Source: Candidatus Bathyarchaeota archaeon (GTDB lineage Archaea; Thermoproteota; Bathyarchaeia; Bathyarchaeales; Bathycorpusculaceae). From it: a DNA stretch of 64,000 bases. The position numbers and the translations under genes were made by a program. Below are positions 21,264 to 30,474 of the stretch, one piece after another; the stretch's first letter is position 1, and the number at the start of each line of letters is the position of its first letter. The notes under the pieces were generated by a model. The model was given only the letters and a program-made list of their open reading frames with translations, was not told the origin of the DNA and made no database searches. The stretch is taken from the NCBI GenBank assembly GCA_963768425.1, contig CAVYHV010000030.1, positions 1 to 64,000 of the forward strand, in the 5' to 3' direction.

Positions 21264-22064
21264 ATGCCTAAACGTCGTTTGGACGATGCTTTAAAAAGGG
21301 TTAACCTCCGTAGTGCCCTCAATGGACAGGAGTGCAAAAATGGAATGATGCAAAATCTACTGGCGAAGCCTACAATGGCGCAACCGCTGTTTTCCTTAAA
21401 CATGCCAGGTGTCGATGATCTTTTTCCTGGGTTTGCTCCAGGCGACTTCGCAGTCCTTTATGGGTCACCGTCAGTTATTTCGTTAACTTCTCTTCTTTGC
21501 ATCCGAGCGCAAGTGCCTACGCAGCTTGGTGGCTTAGGAAGCAACGTTGTCTTCATCGACGGCGGAAACACGTTTAGACTGTACAAGATTGCCCGTTTAG
21601 CCCAGCTTCACCAGCTTGACCCGCAGGAAGTGCTTGAACGCATCTTTATTTCAAGAGCATTCACCGCTTACCAGCTGACTTCCCTTATACTTGATAGACT
21701 TGAAGAAACCGTGAAGAAATACGATGCTAAACTCGTGGTGATTTCCGACATAGCCGGGTTCTTCTTAGACAACGACGTCCCACATGAAGAAGCGCAAAGG
21801 GTTTACAGCCAAATTGTCAGTTACCTTTCAAGCTTTGCCAGAAAGCACCAAATAGTCGTCGTCGCAACTTACCTCCCTTCTGACAGCCGAAGAAACGTTC
21901 TGCTTCAAGAAGTGACCTGCGCCAAAGCAAATACAGTCTTATCCTTCAGCAAAACTACGTACACGCGGGAAGTAACCCTGGAGAAACACCCATTCTTCAT
22001 GTTAGGCACCGCTGAATTTCCCTCCGAAAACTTGACTTTGACCGACTTCATGGGTGCTCGATAA
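21264..22064 (+). CDS. RadA/Rad51-like paralog lacking Walker A (inactive ATPase)
   Basis: QLGGLGSNVVFIDGGNTF, RIFISRAFTAYQ, LVVISD; P-loop position reads YGSPSVISLT. Confidence 0.85.
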   Translation: MPKRRLDDALKRVNLRSALNGQECKNGMMQNLLAKPTMAQPLFSLNMPGVDDLFPGFAPGDFAVLYGSPSVISLTSLLCIRAQVPTQLGGLGSNVVFIDGGNTFRLYKIARLAQLHQLDPQEVLERIFISRAFTAYQLTSLILDRLEETVKKYDAKLVVISDIAGFFLDNDVPHEEAQRVYSQIVSYLSSFARKHQIVVVATYLPSDSRRNVLLQEVTCAKANTVLSFSKTTYTREVTLEKHPFFMLGTAEFPSENLTLTDFMGAR

Positions 22065-22396
22065 GAACCGATTCAAAACAAACTTCTGGGCTTAAGTTGC
22101 GGTTAGCGGTTAAGGCTGTTGAACATGTCTTCGGCGGCTGACTCTGGCAGTTTGAGCTCCAACCTTACAACTTGAGAAAACAGGAAATTTTAGAATTCAT
22201 TGGCCATATCTATCTTGGTTCTGGCTTCTTTCGGCTTCATAGTTTCCCGTCTTTTCTTTTCTTCTGTTGAGTTTAAGAATTTTGTCCCCAAGATCCTTTA
22301 GTTTCGTGAACCGATATCGCTTGCCCGTTCAGCCTTTGGTCCAATCTTGTTAGCGTTCAAATACTGCTTCTGCATATTGGGAAGAGAGGCACCTAA

Positions 22397-22939
22397 ATGG
22401 CATCGTGGACGGAGTACTTCGCATGGACTATGTTCAAGATAGCGAGAACGCTGCGACTTACGAAGCTACTCCGTGTAGGGATTTCAACTGGCTTGTTTCT
22501 GGACTATTTTACCGGGTTCGAAAAATCTGGGGCAGTGCGCGGCATTTTCGGCGATGCGACCGATGAGGTGTTGAGGAGCCTCAAAGTTCAGTTCATGTGG
22601 TTCGGGTACATGGGCGTCGACGACAACGATGGGCATTTAATGGTTAACAAGAGCTACCTAAACAGCGGCGACAAAACTGACATTTACCTAGACGTGGTCC
22701 ATGAACTCTGCCATGTCAAGCAGCATCTAGACGGGAAAGAACTGTTTAATCCCAGATACGACTACGTGAATCGACCCACTGAGGTGGAAGCCTACCGCTA
22801 CACAGTAAAAGAAGCCAAGCGGCTTGGGTTAAGCGACGAGCGAATCCTTCGCTACTTGAAGACAGAGTGGATGAGCGACGAGGATTTGGAGCGGCTTGTT
22901 AAGAACATTGGAATCGACCTTCACATCGCCAAGAACTAA
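22397..22939 (+). CDS. Hypothetical zincin-like protein (HExxH)
   Basis: VVHELCHVKQH followed by PTEVEAY. Confidence 0.7.
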   Translation: MASWTEYFAWTMFKIARTLRLTKLLRVGISTGLFLDYFTGFEKSGAVRGIFGDATDEVLRSLKVQFMWFGYMGVDDNDGHLMVNKSYLNSGDKTDIYLDVVHELCHVKQHLDGKELFNPRYDYVNRPTEVEAYRYTVKEAKRLGLSDERILRYLKTEWMSDEDLERLVKNIGIDLHIAKN

Positions 22940-22988
22940 CTTGGAAGTCACAGCTTACTTAAAGGAACTGAATGATTTAGAAAAAGGT

Positions 22989-23789
22989 TTAGTGGGAGAA
23001 TAGCTTCTCGTAAGGTCTTTTCGAAACTGGCAGTATCTTCTTGAATTTGCGCGCCATGATCTGGTTTGGGTCCGCTCCGAAGTGGCTGCAGTATTCTTTG
23101 ACGAGGGCTTCAATCGTTTTTATATCGCGTTTTCCAGCATCGAGCGTTTTGGTGCCTTTTACTGGCTCCAATATTTCGCCTCGTTCGTAGATGACTCCGC
23201 CGTGCATTCCTGTCCCGACGAATTTGGCTTTGCATTTTTCGCTTTCTTTAAGGTTTAAACCCAGGATGACCATTACACCGCCCGCCATGTACTCCGCTAA
23301 GAAGTCGCCTGCCGTTTGCCCGATGACGATTTGTGGGATTTTGCGTTGGTACTCTTTCATGTGTATGCCGACTCGGTAGCCGACGTAGTCTCGGACAAAG
23401 ATTTTTCCGCCCCTCATCGAGTTCCCGGTTACGTCTCCTGCGTGTCCATGTATGACGATTTGTCCTTCGTTCATTGTGTTGCCTGAGCCGTCCTGTCCGT
23501 TGCCGTAAATTACGAGTTTGGGGCCGTTCATAAAGGCGCCGAGGTCGTTTCCGGGGGTTCCATAGATGTCGATTTGGATGTTTGTGTCAAGGTCAGTGCC
23601 TATGTATCGTTGTCCGCAGACGTTGTGAATCTCTATTCTTTCCACATCGGTGCAGATTGCTTGTCTTAGCAATGCATTTAGGTCCTTGTAGTAGAGGTCT
23701 TCAGCGTTGATTTTTAGCAGGTTGCCCTCCATTTTTATGTATTGAAGGTATTTTGCGTCGATTTCCACTTTGATTTTTTGTTCTAGCAT
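22989..23789 (-). CDS. Glutamate synthase GXGXG-domain subunit (GltB3)
   Basis: GQRYIG, GTPGNDLGAFM, GDFLAEYMAGG, GTGMHGG. Confidence 0.9.
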   Translation of the reverse strand: MLEQKIKVEIDAKYLQYIKMEGNLLKINAEDLYYKDLNALLRQAICTDVERIEIHNVCGQRYIGTDLDTNIQIDIYGTPGNDLGAFMNGPKLVIYGNGQDGSGNTMNEGQIVIHGHAGDVTGNSMRGGKIFVRDYVGYRVGIHMKEYQRKIPQIVIGQTAGDFLAEYMAGGVMVILGLNLKESEKCKAKFVGTGMHGGVIYERGEILEPVKGTKTLDAGKRDIKTIEALVKEYCSHFGADPNQIMARKFKKILPVSKRPYEKLFSH

Positions 23790-23795
23790 GCTCTT

Positions 23796-25307
23796 TTATT
23801 CTCCAGCCATTTTCACACCTAAAATCTTCAGCTCGGTTCGGCTTAACCCGACGCCTCTTAATGCGAGTCTGTTGCCTCGTAAGCTTTCGATGGCGTTTAT
23901 TCCCATGCCGCCCATCATGTCTTTAATCTCAACGCTCCAGCTGTTAAGCAGGTTAACGAGCCGTTTAGATGCGATGTCGGGGTTGATGCGTTTGCTGATC
24001 CAAGGATCACTTGTAGCGATACCCCATGGGCATTTTCCAGTGTGGCAACGTTGGCAGACGCTGCATCCGATGGCTATCAAAGCTGCAGTTGCAATGTACA
24101 CGGCGTCTGCGCCAAGAGCTATGGCTTTGAAAACGTCGGCGCTGCTTCTAAAACCGCCTGCCGCAACCACGGATGCCCGGTTACGGATGCCTTCTTCACG
24201 TAGCCGCTGATCAACTTGTGCAATAGCTAGCTCGATGGGTATGCCTACGTTATCTCTGATGACTTTTGGTGCCGCGCCAGTTGCACCTCTGACACCGTCA
24301 AGGGCAATGACGTCAGCTCCTGCGCGAACCATGCCACTGGCGATTGCTGCGGCGTTGTGTACTGCGGCGATTTTGACTGAAATTGGTTTGGTATAGTTTG
24401 TTGCTTCCTTGAGCGCATAGATTAGTTGGCGTAGGTCTTCGATTGAGTAAATGTCATGTTGGGGATAAGGAGACAACGCGTCGGTTCCTGTTGGTATCAT
24501 GCGTGTTCTAGCTACATGCTCAGTTACTTTTTCGCCTGGCAAATGTCCGCCTATACCAGGTTTTGCGCCTTGTCCAATCTTGATTTCCACGGCTGCGCCA
24601 GAGTTAAGGTATTTGGGGTGGACACCGAAGCGTCCTGATGCAACTTGGACGATAGCGTGTGCGCCGTATTTGTAGAGGCTCTTATCTAAGCCGCCTTCCC
24701 CAGTGTTAAAATACGTGCCGCATTCAGTAGCTGCCCTCGCTAAAGATTCATGCACGTTTAGGCTTATCGCGCCGTAAGACATAGCTGAGAACATTATCGG
24801 CGTGTCAAGACAAAGTTGCGGAGTGAGCTTGGTTTTGAGGGCAGCTCCGCCATTTTCAATTTCCAAATCCAGCTTGTCCGGTTTCGCGCCAAGATAAGTT
24901 CTAATTTCCATCGGTTCACGTAGCGGGTCAATCGACGGGTTAGTAACTTGGCTTGCGTTTAGCAGCAGTCGATCCCAGTAAGTGTAGTAGGGTTTGTCGT
25001 TTCCCATCCCCGTTAGGATAACTGCTCCGTTTTCAGCCTGCTTCTTCACGTCCCGTATGGCTTCAAAAGTCCAGTTGGCGTTTTCGCGGTTAGCATTCGG
25101 GTTCCGTCTTATGGTAATTGCATGTGTCGGGCAGAAGGTTACGCAACGTTGGCAATTTACGCAGTTTTCCTCTTTACTGCAAACTGTGTCTGTTTCCTCA
25201 TCGTAGTAATGTGTATCGTACGTGCATTGGTTAACGCATACCTTGCAGCGTATGCACCGATTCTGATCCCGTTCAACAATATACTCGGGAATAACGTAAG
25301 TTTTCAC
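23796..25307 (-). CDS. Glutamate synthase FMN-binding subunit (GltB2) with N-terminal 2[4Fe-4S] ferredoxin
   Basis: AMSYGA, NTGEGG, QVASGRFGV, KIGQGAKPGIGGHLPG, CSVCQRCHTGKCPWG. Confidence 0.95.
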   Translation of the reverse strand: MKTYVIPEYIVERDQNRCIRCKVCVNQCTYDTHYYDEETDTVCSKEENCVNCQRCVTFCPTHAITIRRNPNANRENANWTFEAIRDVKKQAENGAVILTGMGNDKPYYTYWDRLLLNASQVTNPSIDPLREPMEIRTYLGAKPDKLDLEIENGGAALKTKLTPQLCLDTPIMFSAMSYGAISLNVHESLARAATECGTYFNTGEGGLDKSLYKYGAHAIVQVASGRFGVHPKYLNSGAAVEIKIGQGAKPGIGGHLPGEKVTEHVARTRMIPTGTDALSPYPQHDIYSIEDLRQLIYALKEATNYTKPISVKIAAVHNAAAIASGMVRAGADVIALDGVRGATGAAPKVIRDNVGIPIELAIAQVDQRLREEGIRNRASVVAAGGFRSSADVFKAIALGADAVYIATAALIAIGCSVCQRCHTGKCPWGIATSDPWISKRINPDIASKRLVNLLNSWSVEIKDMMGGMGINAIESLRGNRLALRGVGLSRTELKILGVKMAGE

Positions 25308-26446
25308 TGCTTTAGTCCTCCTTCTGAAACTTCAACAGCTCTTTCCTTGCTGTTTTTTAGTCTACACACGACTGGTTCTCCGCCTCTGGGCGCCCAGAAT
25401 TTGTCAAGCTGCGGCGAAACCAACCGCATAGCAGATTCCTCCGACGACAAATAAGTTAAGTCGCCGTTTGTGCCCGCTACAAGTGGCCGAAGCTTGATTC
25501 GGTCCGTTAACCCAATCATTTCGCCGTGGTGAGCGACGACTATGCTGAAGGGTCCATTCATAAGTAGACTTCCATAAGTTTGGCGAAGCGCCCTCAGCAA
25601 CTGAGCTTTTTTGGGCTCCATCTGATCAATTTCATCCCATAAAGGCGCGGCAAGGATTTGGGCAACAAGTTCGATTGGCAGTTTTTGCCTTCGCATTAGC
25701 AGGTCTACCGCGTAGGCTAGTACTTCGGTGTCTGTTTGCATGGTGCATTTGTAGCCGTACATTTCGAGGTAGCGTCGGTTTATGCCATAGGATGAGAGTT
25801 CACCGTTGTGAATTACTGTCCAGTCCAGGATGTTGAATGGGTGTGCTCCACCCCACCAGCCTGGCGTGTTTGTTGGGAATCTGCTGTGGCAACTCCAGAG
25901 GTAACCTTGGTAGTCTTCAAGGCAGAAGAAGTCTGCTACGTCTTCAGGGAAGCCTACGCCTTTGAATACACCCATATCTTTGCCGCTTGAGAAGACAAAC
26001 GCCTTCCCGGTTTCCGTGTTGATTCGCATCACAGTTTCCATAACGTAGTCTTCTTCAGTTTGGTTTTCAGGTCTGACCTTTTTGGGTTGAACGAAGTAGC
26101 GCCAAACAAGCGGCGGATTATGAACGTCGGCGGGTTTTGTCTGCATTTCCTCGTCGTAGATCATTTCGAACTTCGACGCGAGTATGCGGTTGGTTTGTTC
26201 TTTTGCGTCTTTGCTCAGGTACATTATGTGGAACGCGTAGTAATCTTTGAAGTCTGGGTATATCCCGTAGACGGCGAAGCCGCCGCCTAAGCCGTTGCCG
26301 CGGTCATGCATGTTCTTTATCGCACGCACGGGGTTCTTTGAACTGAAACGGTTGCCTTCGGTGTTCATTATGGCAAAGATAGCGCAGCCTGAAAAGTCCT
26401 TGTCGTCGCCAAATGGGCTGATTATTTTTTGGTCTTGCCGGTTCAT
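25304..26446 (-). CDS. Glutamate synthase class II glutamine amidotransferase subunit (GltB1)
   Basis: SGCAIF Ntn Cys after a short propeptide, HSRFPTNT, HPF, HNGE, TDTE, DRIKLRP. Confidence 0.92.
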   Translation of the reverse strand: MNRQDQKIISPFGDDKDFSGCAIFAIMNTEGNRFSSKNPVRAIKNMHDRGNGLGGGFAVYGIYPDFKDYYAFHIMYLSKDAKEQTNRILASKFEMIYDEEMQTKPADVHNPPLVWRYFVQPKKVRPENQTEEDYVMETVMRINTETGKAFVFSSGKDMGVFKGVGFPEDVADFFCLEDYQGYLWSCHSRFPTNTPGWWGGAHPFNILDWTVIHNGELSSYGINRRYLEMYGYKCTMQTDTEVLAYAVDLLMRRQKLPIELVAQILAAPLWDEIDQMEPKKAQLLRALRQTYGSLLMNGPFSIVVAHHGEMIGLTDRIKLRPLVAGTNGDLTYLSSEESAMRLVSPQLDKFWAPRGGEPVVCRLKNSKERAVEVSEGGLKQ

Positions 26447-26447
26447 T

Positions 26448-27728
26448 TTATTGCACCACACTCATTTTTCTCTGCAGAGTAACGGGGAAAGATGCCCAGC
26501 TGAAGTCGTCTGCCAGAAGTTGCTGTTTGAATTTTTTCACGTTCGTTGAGTTCTTAATTAGGTAGAACAGTATGCCTGCTCGTTCAATCGAGTTCACAAG
26601 GGTCATACCCAGAATAACGTTGTTCTTAAGAACCAACTTTTTGTAAACGTTGTGCTCAGGATCGATTTTGGTCAGCACTTCCAGCGTGGGGTCGTCCTTT
26701 GGGTTAGCTAAGCCGACGGAGACGACTGGGATGCCGAAGTACTTGAGGCTGCTCATGTTTGTGCCGCCTGAATAAGTGCTTTTTTTACCTGCCATGTTGC
26801 AGCCTGCAATCTGGCCTTCCAACACCGCAAGTGGCCAGAGAGGCAGAAGACGGTTCTGGTTGAGAACGAAGTCGTAAGCTTCAGCTACATCGCCGCTGGC
26901 GTAAACGTCAGGAACATTTGTCTGCATCATGTTGTCAACGACGATTCCTCTGTTAGTCTTCACTGCTGTTCCTGTTACCAATTCAGTGCGTGGAATGACA
27001 CCTATTGCTACTACGACAAGGTCGCAAGGCACCTGGTCTCCTTTGGTTAAGATCACTCCTCCGACAGTGTTTTCGTTGTCTGGTTTTCCTATGATTTTTT
27101 GAACCGACTGGCCAGTGATGATGTTGACGCCTGCTTTTCGGACAACCGCTTCAACGATATCTGAGCCTTTAGGGTCCAAGAGCAAACTTAGGATTTTATC
27201 TTGCAACTCGATCATGGTAACTTTCAAGCCGCGTTTCACGAGGGCTTCAGTTACGCTTATCCCGATGAGTCCTCCACCGATGACTACTGCAGACTTTGCG
27301 TTTATGCTAGCGATTTTGACTGCAATGACCTGAGCGTCTTTGAGTGTTGTGAACGTGAACACCCCCTCTTTGTCTGAGCCTTCCATCTTGGGAACAAAAG
27401 GTTTGCCGCCTGTGGCAATGAGCAGTTTTTCGTAAGGAATTTTTTCGCCGCTTTCAAGCTGGACTGCTTTTTCCTCAAACTTTATGGCTGTGACTTTCTT
27501 GCCCAAGAGTGCTTCTACATTGTTTTCTTTCCAGAAATCCTCGTGCCGGCAATCAACTTTTTTGAGGTCGGCTTTGCCGCTGACAAAATCGCTTATCATT
27601 GGGCGGCTGTAATGGGAGCACGCTTCGTCGGTGATAACAGTTAGTGTTCCAACTGGGTCGACTTCTCTTATGGCCTCAACTGCGCCTATGCCTGCTGCAG
27701 AAGCACCTACAATCACATACTTTGCCAT
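26448..27728 (-). CDS. FAD-dependent NAD(P)H oxidoreductase (NirB/rubredoxin-reductase-like)
   Basis: IVGASAAG, ATGG, IGGGLIG, TNVPDVYASGD. Confidence 0.9.
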   Translation of the reverse strand: MAKYVIVGASAAGIGAVEAIREVDPVGTLTVITDEACSHYSRPMISDFVSGKADLKKVDCRHEDFWKENNVEALLGKKVTAIKFEEKAVQLESGEKIPYEKLLIATGGKPFVPKMEGSDKEGVFTFTTLKDAQVIAVKIASINAKSAVVIGGGLIGISVTEALVKRGLKVTMIELQDKILSLLLDPKGSDIVEAVVRKAGVNIITGQSVQKIIGKPDNENTVGGVILTKGDQVPCDLVVVAIGVIPRTELVTGTAVKTNRGIVVDNMMQTNVPDVYASGDVAEAYDFVLNQNRLLPLWPLAVLEGQIAGCNMAGKKSTYSGGTNMSSLKYFGIPVVSVGLANPKDDPTLEVLTKIDPEHNVYKKLVLKNNVILGMTLVNSIERAGILFYLIKNSTNVKKFKQQLLADDFSWASFPVTLQRKMSVVQ

Positions 27729-28175
27729 TTAGGATTTCGCCTCTTTGAAAACCAAAGCTTCGTTAGGGCAGTTAGCGACGCATGCAGGCGCGTCGAAGCC
27801 TTGACATAAATCGCATTTTGCGACTACATGTCCTTCCTTATCCATCATTATGGCGCCATATGGGCAAACCATCACGCACGTCCAGCAGCCCATGCATTTC
27901 TGGGGGTCATGCGTGACTTGGCTTGTTTTCGGATCTTTACGCATTGCGCCTGATAGGCATGCGTTTACGCAGGGTGCATCTTCGCAGTGTCGGCATTGTA
28001 TGGCAAATGAGACAGGTTTGTTTCGTTCTACTCTTACTCTGCTTATTGGTTTGGGGCGTTCACTGTTGTAGGCTTTGATTATGTCTTTTGATTTCGAGTG
28101 TTGGACTGTACAGAAGACTTCACATAGTCCGCAGCCCATGCAGTTTTCTTGTTTTGCGATTATTCTTTTGACCAT
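27729..28175 (-). CDS. 4Fe-4S dicluster electron-transfer protein (HydN/CooF-like)
   Basis: CMGCGLC, CRHCEDAPC, CMGCWTCVMVCP, KCDLC..PACVANCP. Confidence 0.92.
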   Translation of the reverse strand: MVKRIIAKQENCMGCGLCEVFCTVQHSKSKDIIKAYNSERPKPISRVRVERNKPVSFAIQCRHCEDAPCVNACLSGAMRKDPKTSQVTHDPQKCMGCWTCVMVCPYGAIMMDKEGHVVAKCDLCQGFDAPACVANCPNEALVFKEAKS

Positions 28176-28386
28176 AAACTTAGCCTCAATTTTTCATGTT
28201 TAGCGTGGACAAGTGAGCATGAAAATATGCAGCTCCACGTCGGTTGTGCATAGAACATTTTTGGTAGTGGTTGATTGTTTACCACATTCCAAGATTATTT
28301 TACGTGTGTTCGCTGGCGTTTTTACCACTTTCCTGAAGGAGTTAGCCCACTAAAATGACATGTATTCTATATAACTTTGTTGGTAA

Positions 28387-28426
28387 TCATTTATATGACA
28401 GTTCATGAACTATGTAATATAAATGA
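28387..28426. promoter_or_regulatory. 40-bp imperfect palindrome between the divergent glt operon and regulator
   Basis: TCATTTATAT-GAC-AGTTCATGAACT-ATGTA-ATATAAATGA: 10-bp perfect outer arms each containing TTTATA, and a 12-bp perfect core. Confidence 0.55.
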
Positions 28427-28447
28427 AACATATATCAGGCGAATTCG

Positions 28448-29563
28448 TTGGCAGAAAAAGACCTAGGATATAGAAGAGTCCAATGCACGGGCAGAGGTTC
28501 CTACATAATATCCCTGCCTAAAGAATGGGTGCAAGACCTCGAGTTAAAGCGAGGAAGCGAGATAGCATTCAACATAGAACCAGACTCAACCCTATTACTG
28601 GTACCAAGAAAAATCCAAGAAAAAGAAGGCCGAGGCAACGCAGCTAAACCCAAAGAATACTACATAAGCATCGACCCCAAAGAAACAATACAGTCCACCC
28701 TCAGAATGATAAAAGCGCTGTACGCGATAGGCGCCGACATAATCAGAGTCCACATCAAAAAGCCCCAAGATGCCGCCAAATATAAAAACGAAATAAAAAC
28801 CTTAGCTAGAGACAGCTTTCTAGGTTCAGAAATAATTGATGAAACTTCAGATGAGATCACTCTGCAAATCTTAATCAAACATTCCGAATTCCCAATAGAG
28901 AAAGCTGTTAGAAGAATGGCGATCGTAGCATTATCTGCAAACAGAGATGCAATCACTGCATTCAAAGACCGAAACACTGCATTGTTTGACGCAGTCATTA
29001 ACGCCCACAACGACGTTAACCGATTGGGCTTGTATGTTGTTCGCCAACTCAAATATGGCATAGAACGAAACCTGTATCGGGAACTCGGTTTCAGAACGCC
29101 CAAAGAATTCCTTCTTTACCGCATAGCGGTCAACGACATTGAAAGCATCGCCCAAAACGCACTAAACATCATAAATAATCTCGGTTCAATTCAAAAACTA
29201 ATCGATGATGAAACACTCTTTCTACGAGATCCAGTTGACGAAGAAGTTTACAACCAACTGGTAAATTTCAGCTCTCTTGCTCAGCAGTCGTATGATGATG
29301 CAATTAAGGCGCTTTTTAAAAGGGAATACAAAGACGCGGAAAACCTTATCCTGAAATGTGACTCCTTTGTCCCCCTTGAAAATCAACTGGTTACGTTAAT
29401 ATCAAGCAAGAAACTGGACCCCAACATCGCTTCAGCTTTGAGGTTGATCTTTGATAGTTCCAGACGAATAATGGATTACAGCCGAAACATGGCAGAGCTT
29501 ACCCTAAATCGTACTGTTGAAGAGAAGTGCTCTTCACTAGTCACAAACAAGGCGCAATCGTAA
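28448..29563 (+). CDS. AbrB-domain / PhoU-repeat transcriptional regulator
   Basis: RRVQCTGRGSYIISLPKEW N-terminal AbrB-like motif followed by two PhoU-like helical repeats. Confidence 0.9.
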   Translation: MAEKDLGYRRVQCTGRGSYIISLPKEWVQDLELKRGSEIAFNIEPDSTLLLVPRKIQEKEGRGNAAKPKEYYISIDPKETIQSTLRMIKALYAIGADIIRVHIKKPQDAAKYKNEIKTLARDSFLGSEIIDETSDEITLQILIKHSEFPIEKAVRRMAIVALSANRDAITAFKDRNTALFDAVINAHNDVNRLGLYVVRQLKYGIERNLYRELGFRTPKEFLLYRIAVNDIESIAQNALNIINNLGSIQKLIDDETLFLRDPVDEEVYNQLVNFSSLAQQSYDDAIKALFKREYKDAENLILKCDSFVPLENQLVTLISSKKLDPNIASALRLIFDSSRRIMDYSRNMAELTLNRTVEEKCSSLVTNKAQS

Positions 29564-29646
29564 GCAAACGGAAGACTAATAGTCTGAGCAGATTTATTCG
29601 TTTTTTTGTTGGTCTTCATGATCAGGAAAATCCTAACTTAGAGTTA

Positions 29647-29755
29647 TGGTGCTCCGGCCGGGATTTGGACCCGGGTCCGCGACTCGAGAGGCCGCTATAC
29701 TTAGTCCCTTAGTAAGAAGTCTTAGTAAGGTTTGACCGGACTATACTACCGGAGC
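29647..29755 (-). tRNA. tRNA-Glu(CTC) with a 31-nt D-loop intron (29701-29731) and encoded CCA
   Basis: GCTCCGG/CCGGAGC acceptor, anticodon arm GCGGC-CTCTCGA-GTCGC, T arm CCGGG-TCCAAAT-CCCGG, ACCA end; removing the intron gives 78 nt. Confidence 0.93.
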
Positions 29756-29894
29756 ATTCGCAGAAGGGTTGTTCTTTAAGAAATAAATATGTTTTTATGG
29801 GTTCTCCCAAGGTTGAGCAAATAACGCGTAGGTCGTACCAAATTAATCAAAAGCGGCCAAGGATTTTAGTTGGGCTGAAAAATCGTGCGGTAAT

Positions 29895-30230
29895 CTATTC
29901 TTCTTCATCCACATTTAGAAAACGCTTTATGGTTACCATCATCTCAGCCAACCCTTTCGCAGTAATTGGGGGCTGGTAGGGAATACGGAGAACTTCCCAG
30001 CCTTGTGCTTCCAGCAACTCGTCGATTTCGCTGTCGCGCTGTTGCTGCTTGTCGCTTGAATGGACAGGTATGCCGTCTATGTAGACAATTTTCCGTTTGT
30101 TTATCCAGCAGAAATCCGGTATGGTCGATTTGAGAATAATTGGTTTCTGGGTGACCATTCCCGATGTTAATCCAGCTTTGCTTAATTCGTTGAATAATGC
30201 CATCTCTGCTTGGCTGACTTTAGGATGCAT
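29895..30230 (-). CDS. DUF559 / Vsr-like endonuclease-domain protein
   Basis: SQAEMALF..PDF..IVYIDG..H..RDSEIDELLEAQGWEVLRI; likely start ATG 30230. Confidence 0.8.
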   Translation of the reverse strand: MHPKVSQAEMALFNELSKAGLTSGMVTQKPIILKSTIPDFCWINKRKIVYIDGIPVHSSDKQQQRDSEIDELLEAQGWEVLRIPYQPPITAKGLAEMMVTIKRFLNVDEEE

Positions 30231-30324
30231 GTGTTTTTTGTAGCTCAAGTTGTTTCCCGAAAGAGTAGCATTATATGTTACCCTTAATAAATCATATACC
30301 GTAAAACGGTTAGTCTCATTTGCC

Positions 30325-30474
30325 GCGAAACCAAAAGTAGGCTTAGCGGACCGCGCCTGCCAATCCGAGACGCGAATCAGAAGAAGCACCTGTTTGTAAG
30401 GGTTTTACAATCCGCGCTTTGTTTGACCGCGACCCGCCAAGCATGGGTGTACCTCTTGGATGGCTATTTCTCGC
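30325..30474 (-). ncRNA. Candidate structured ncRNA (~150 nt), family unknown
   Basis: TTTATA 24 nt upstream, paired termini, six or more nested helices whose G-U pairs mostly favour the minus strand. Confidence 0.55.

Noticed and set aside
22103-22240. Short minus-strand reading frame MKPKEARTKIDMANEF*NFLFSQ.. with an in-frame TAA
   Set aside because: Too short, no recognisable homology, and no case for readthrough.
30298-30345. GAGACTA (group I intron P7-like) and GCTAA (HDV-ribozyme J4/2-like) words on the minus strand
   Set aside because: No P7 partner or nested double pseudoknot could be built.
30328-30395. Plus-strand words resembling RNase P CR-V (AAACCAAAAGTAGGCTTA) before CR-I (GAAGAAGCACCT), suggesting a permuted RNase P RNA
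   Set aside because: P4 would need a 2-nt bulge, other conserved regions are missing, and the TATA box and most G-U pairs favour the minus strand.
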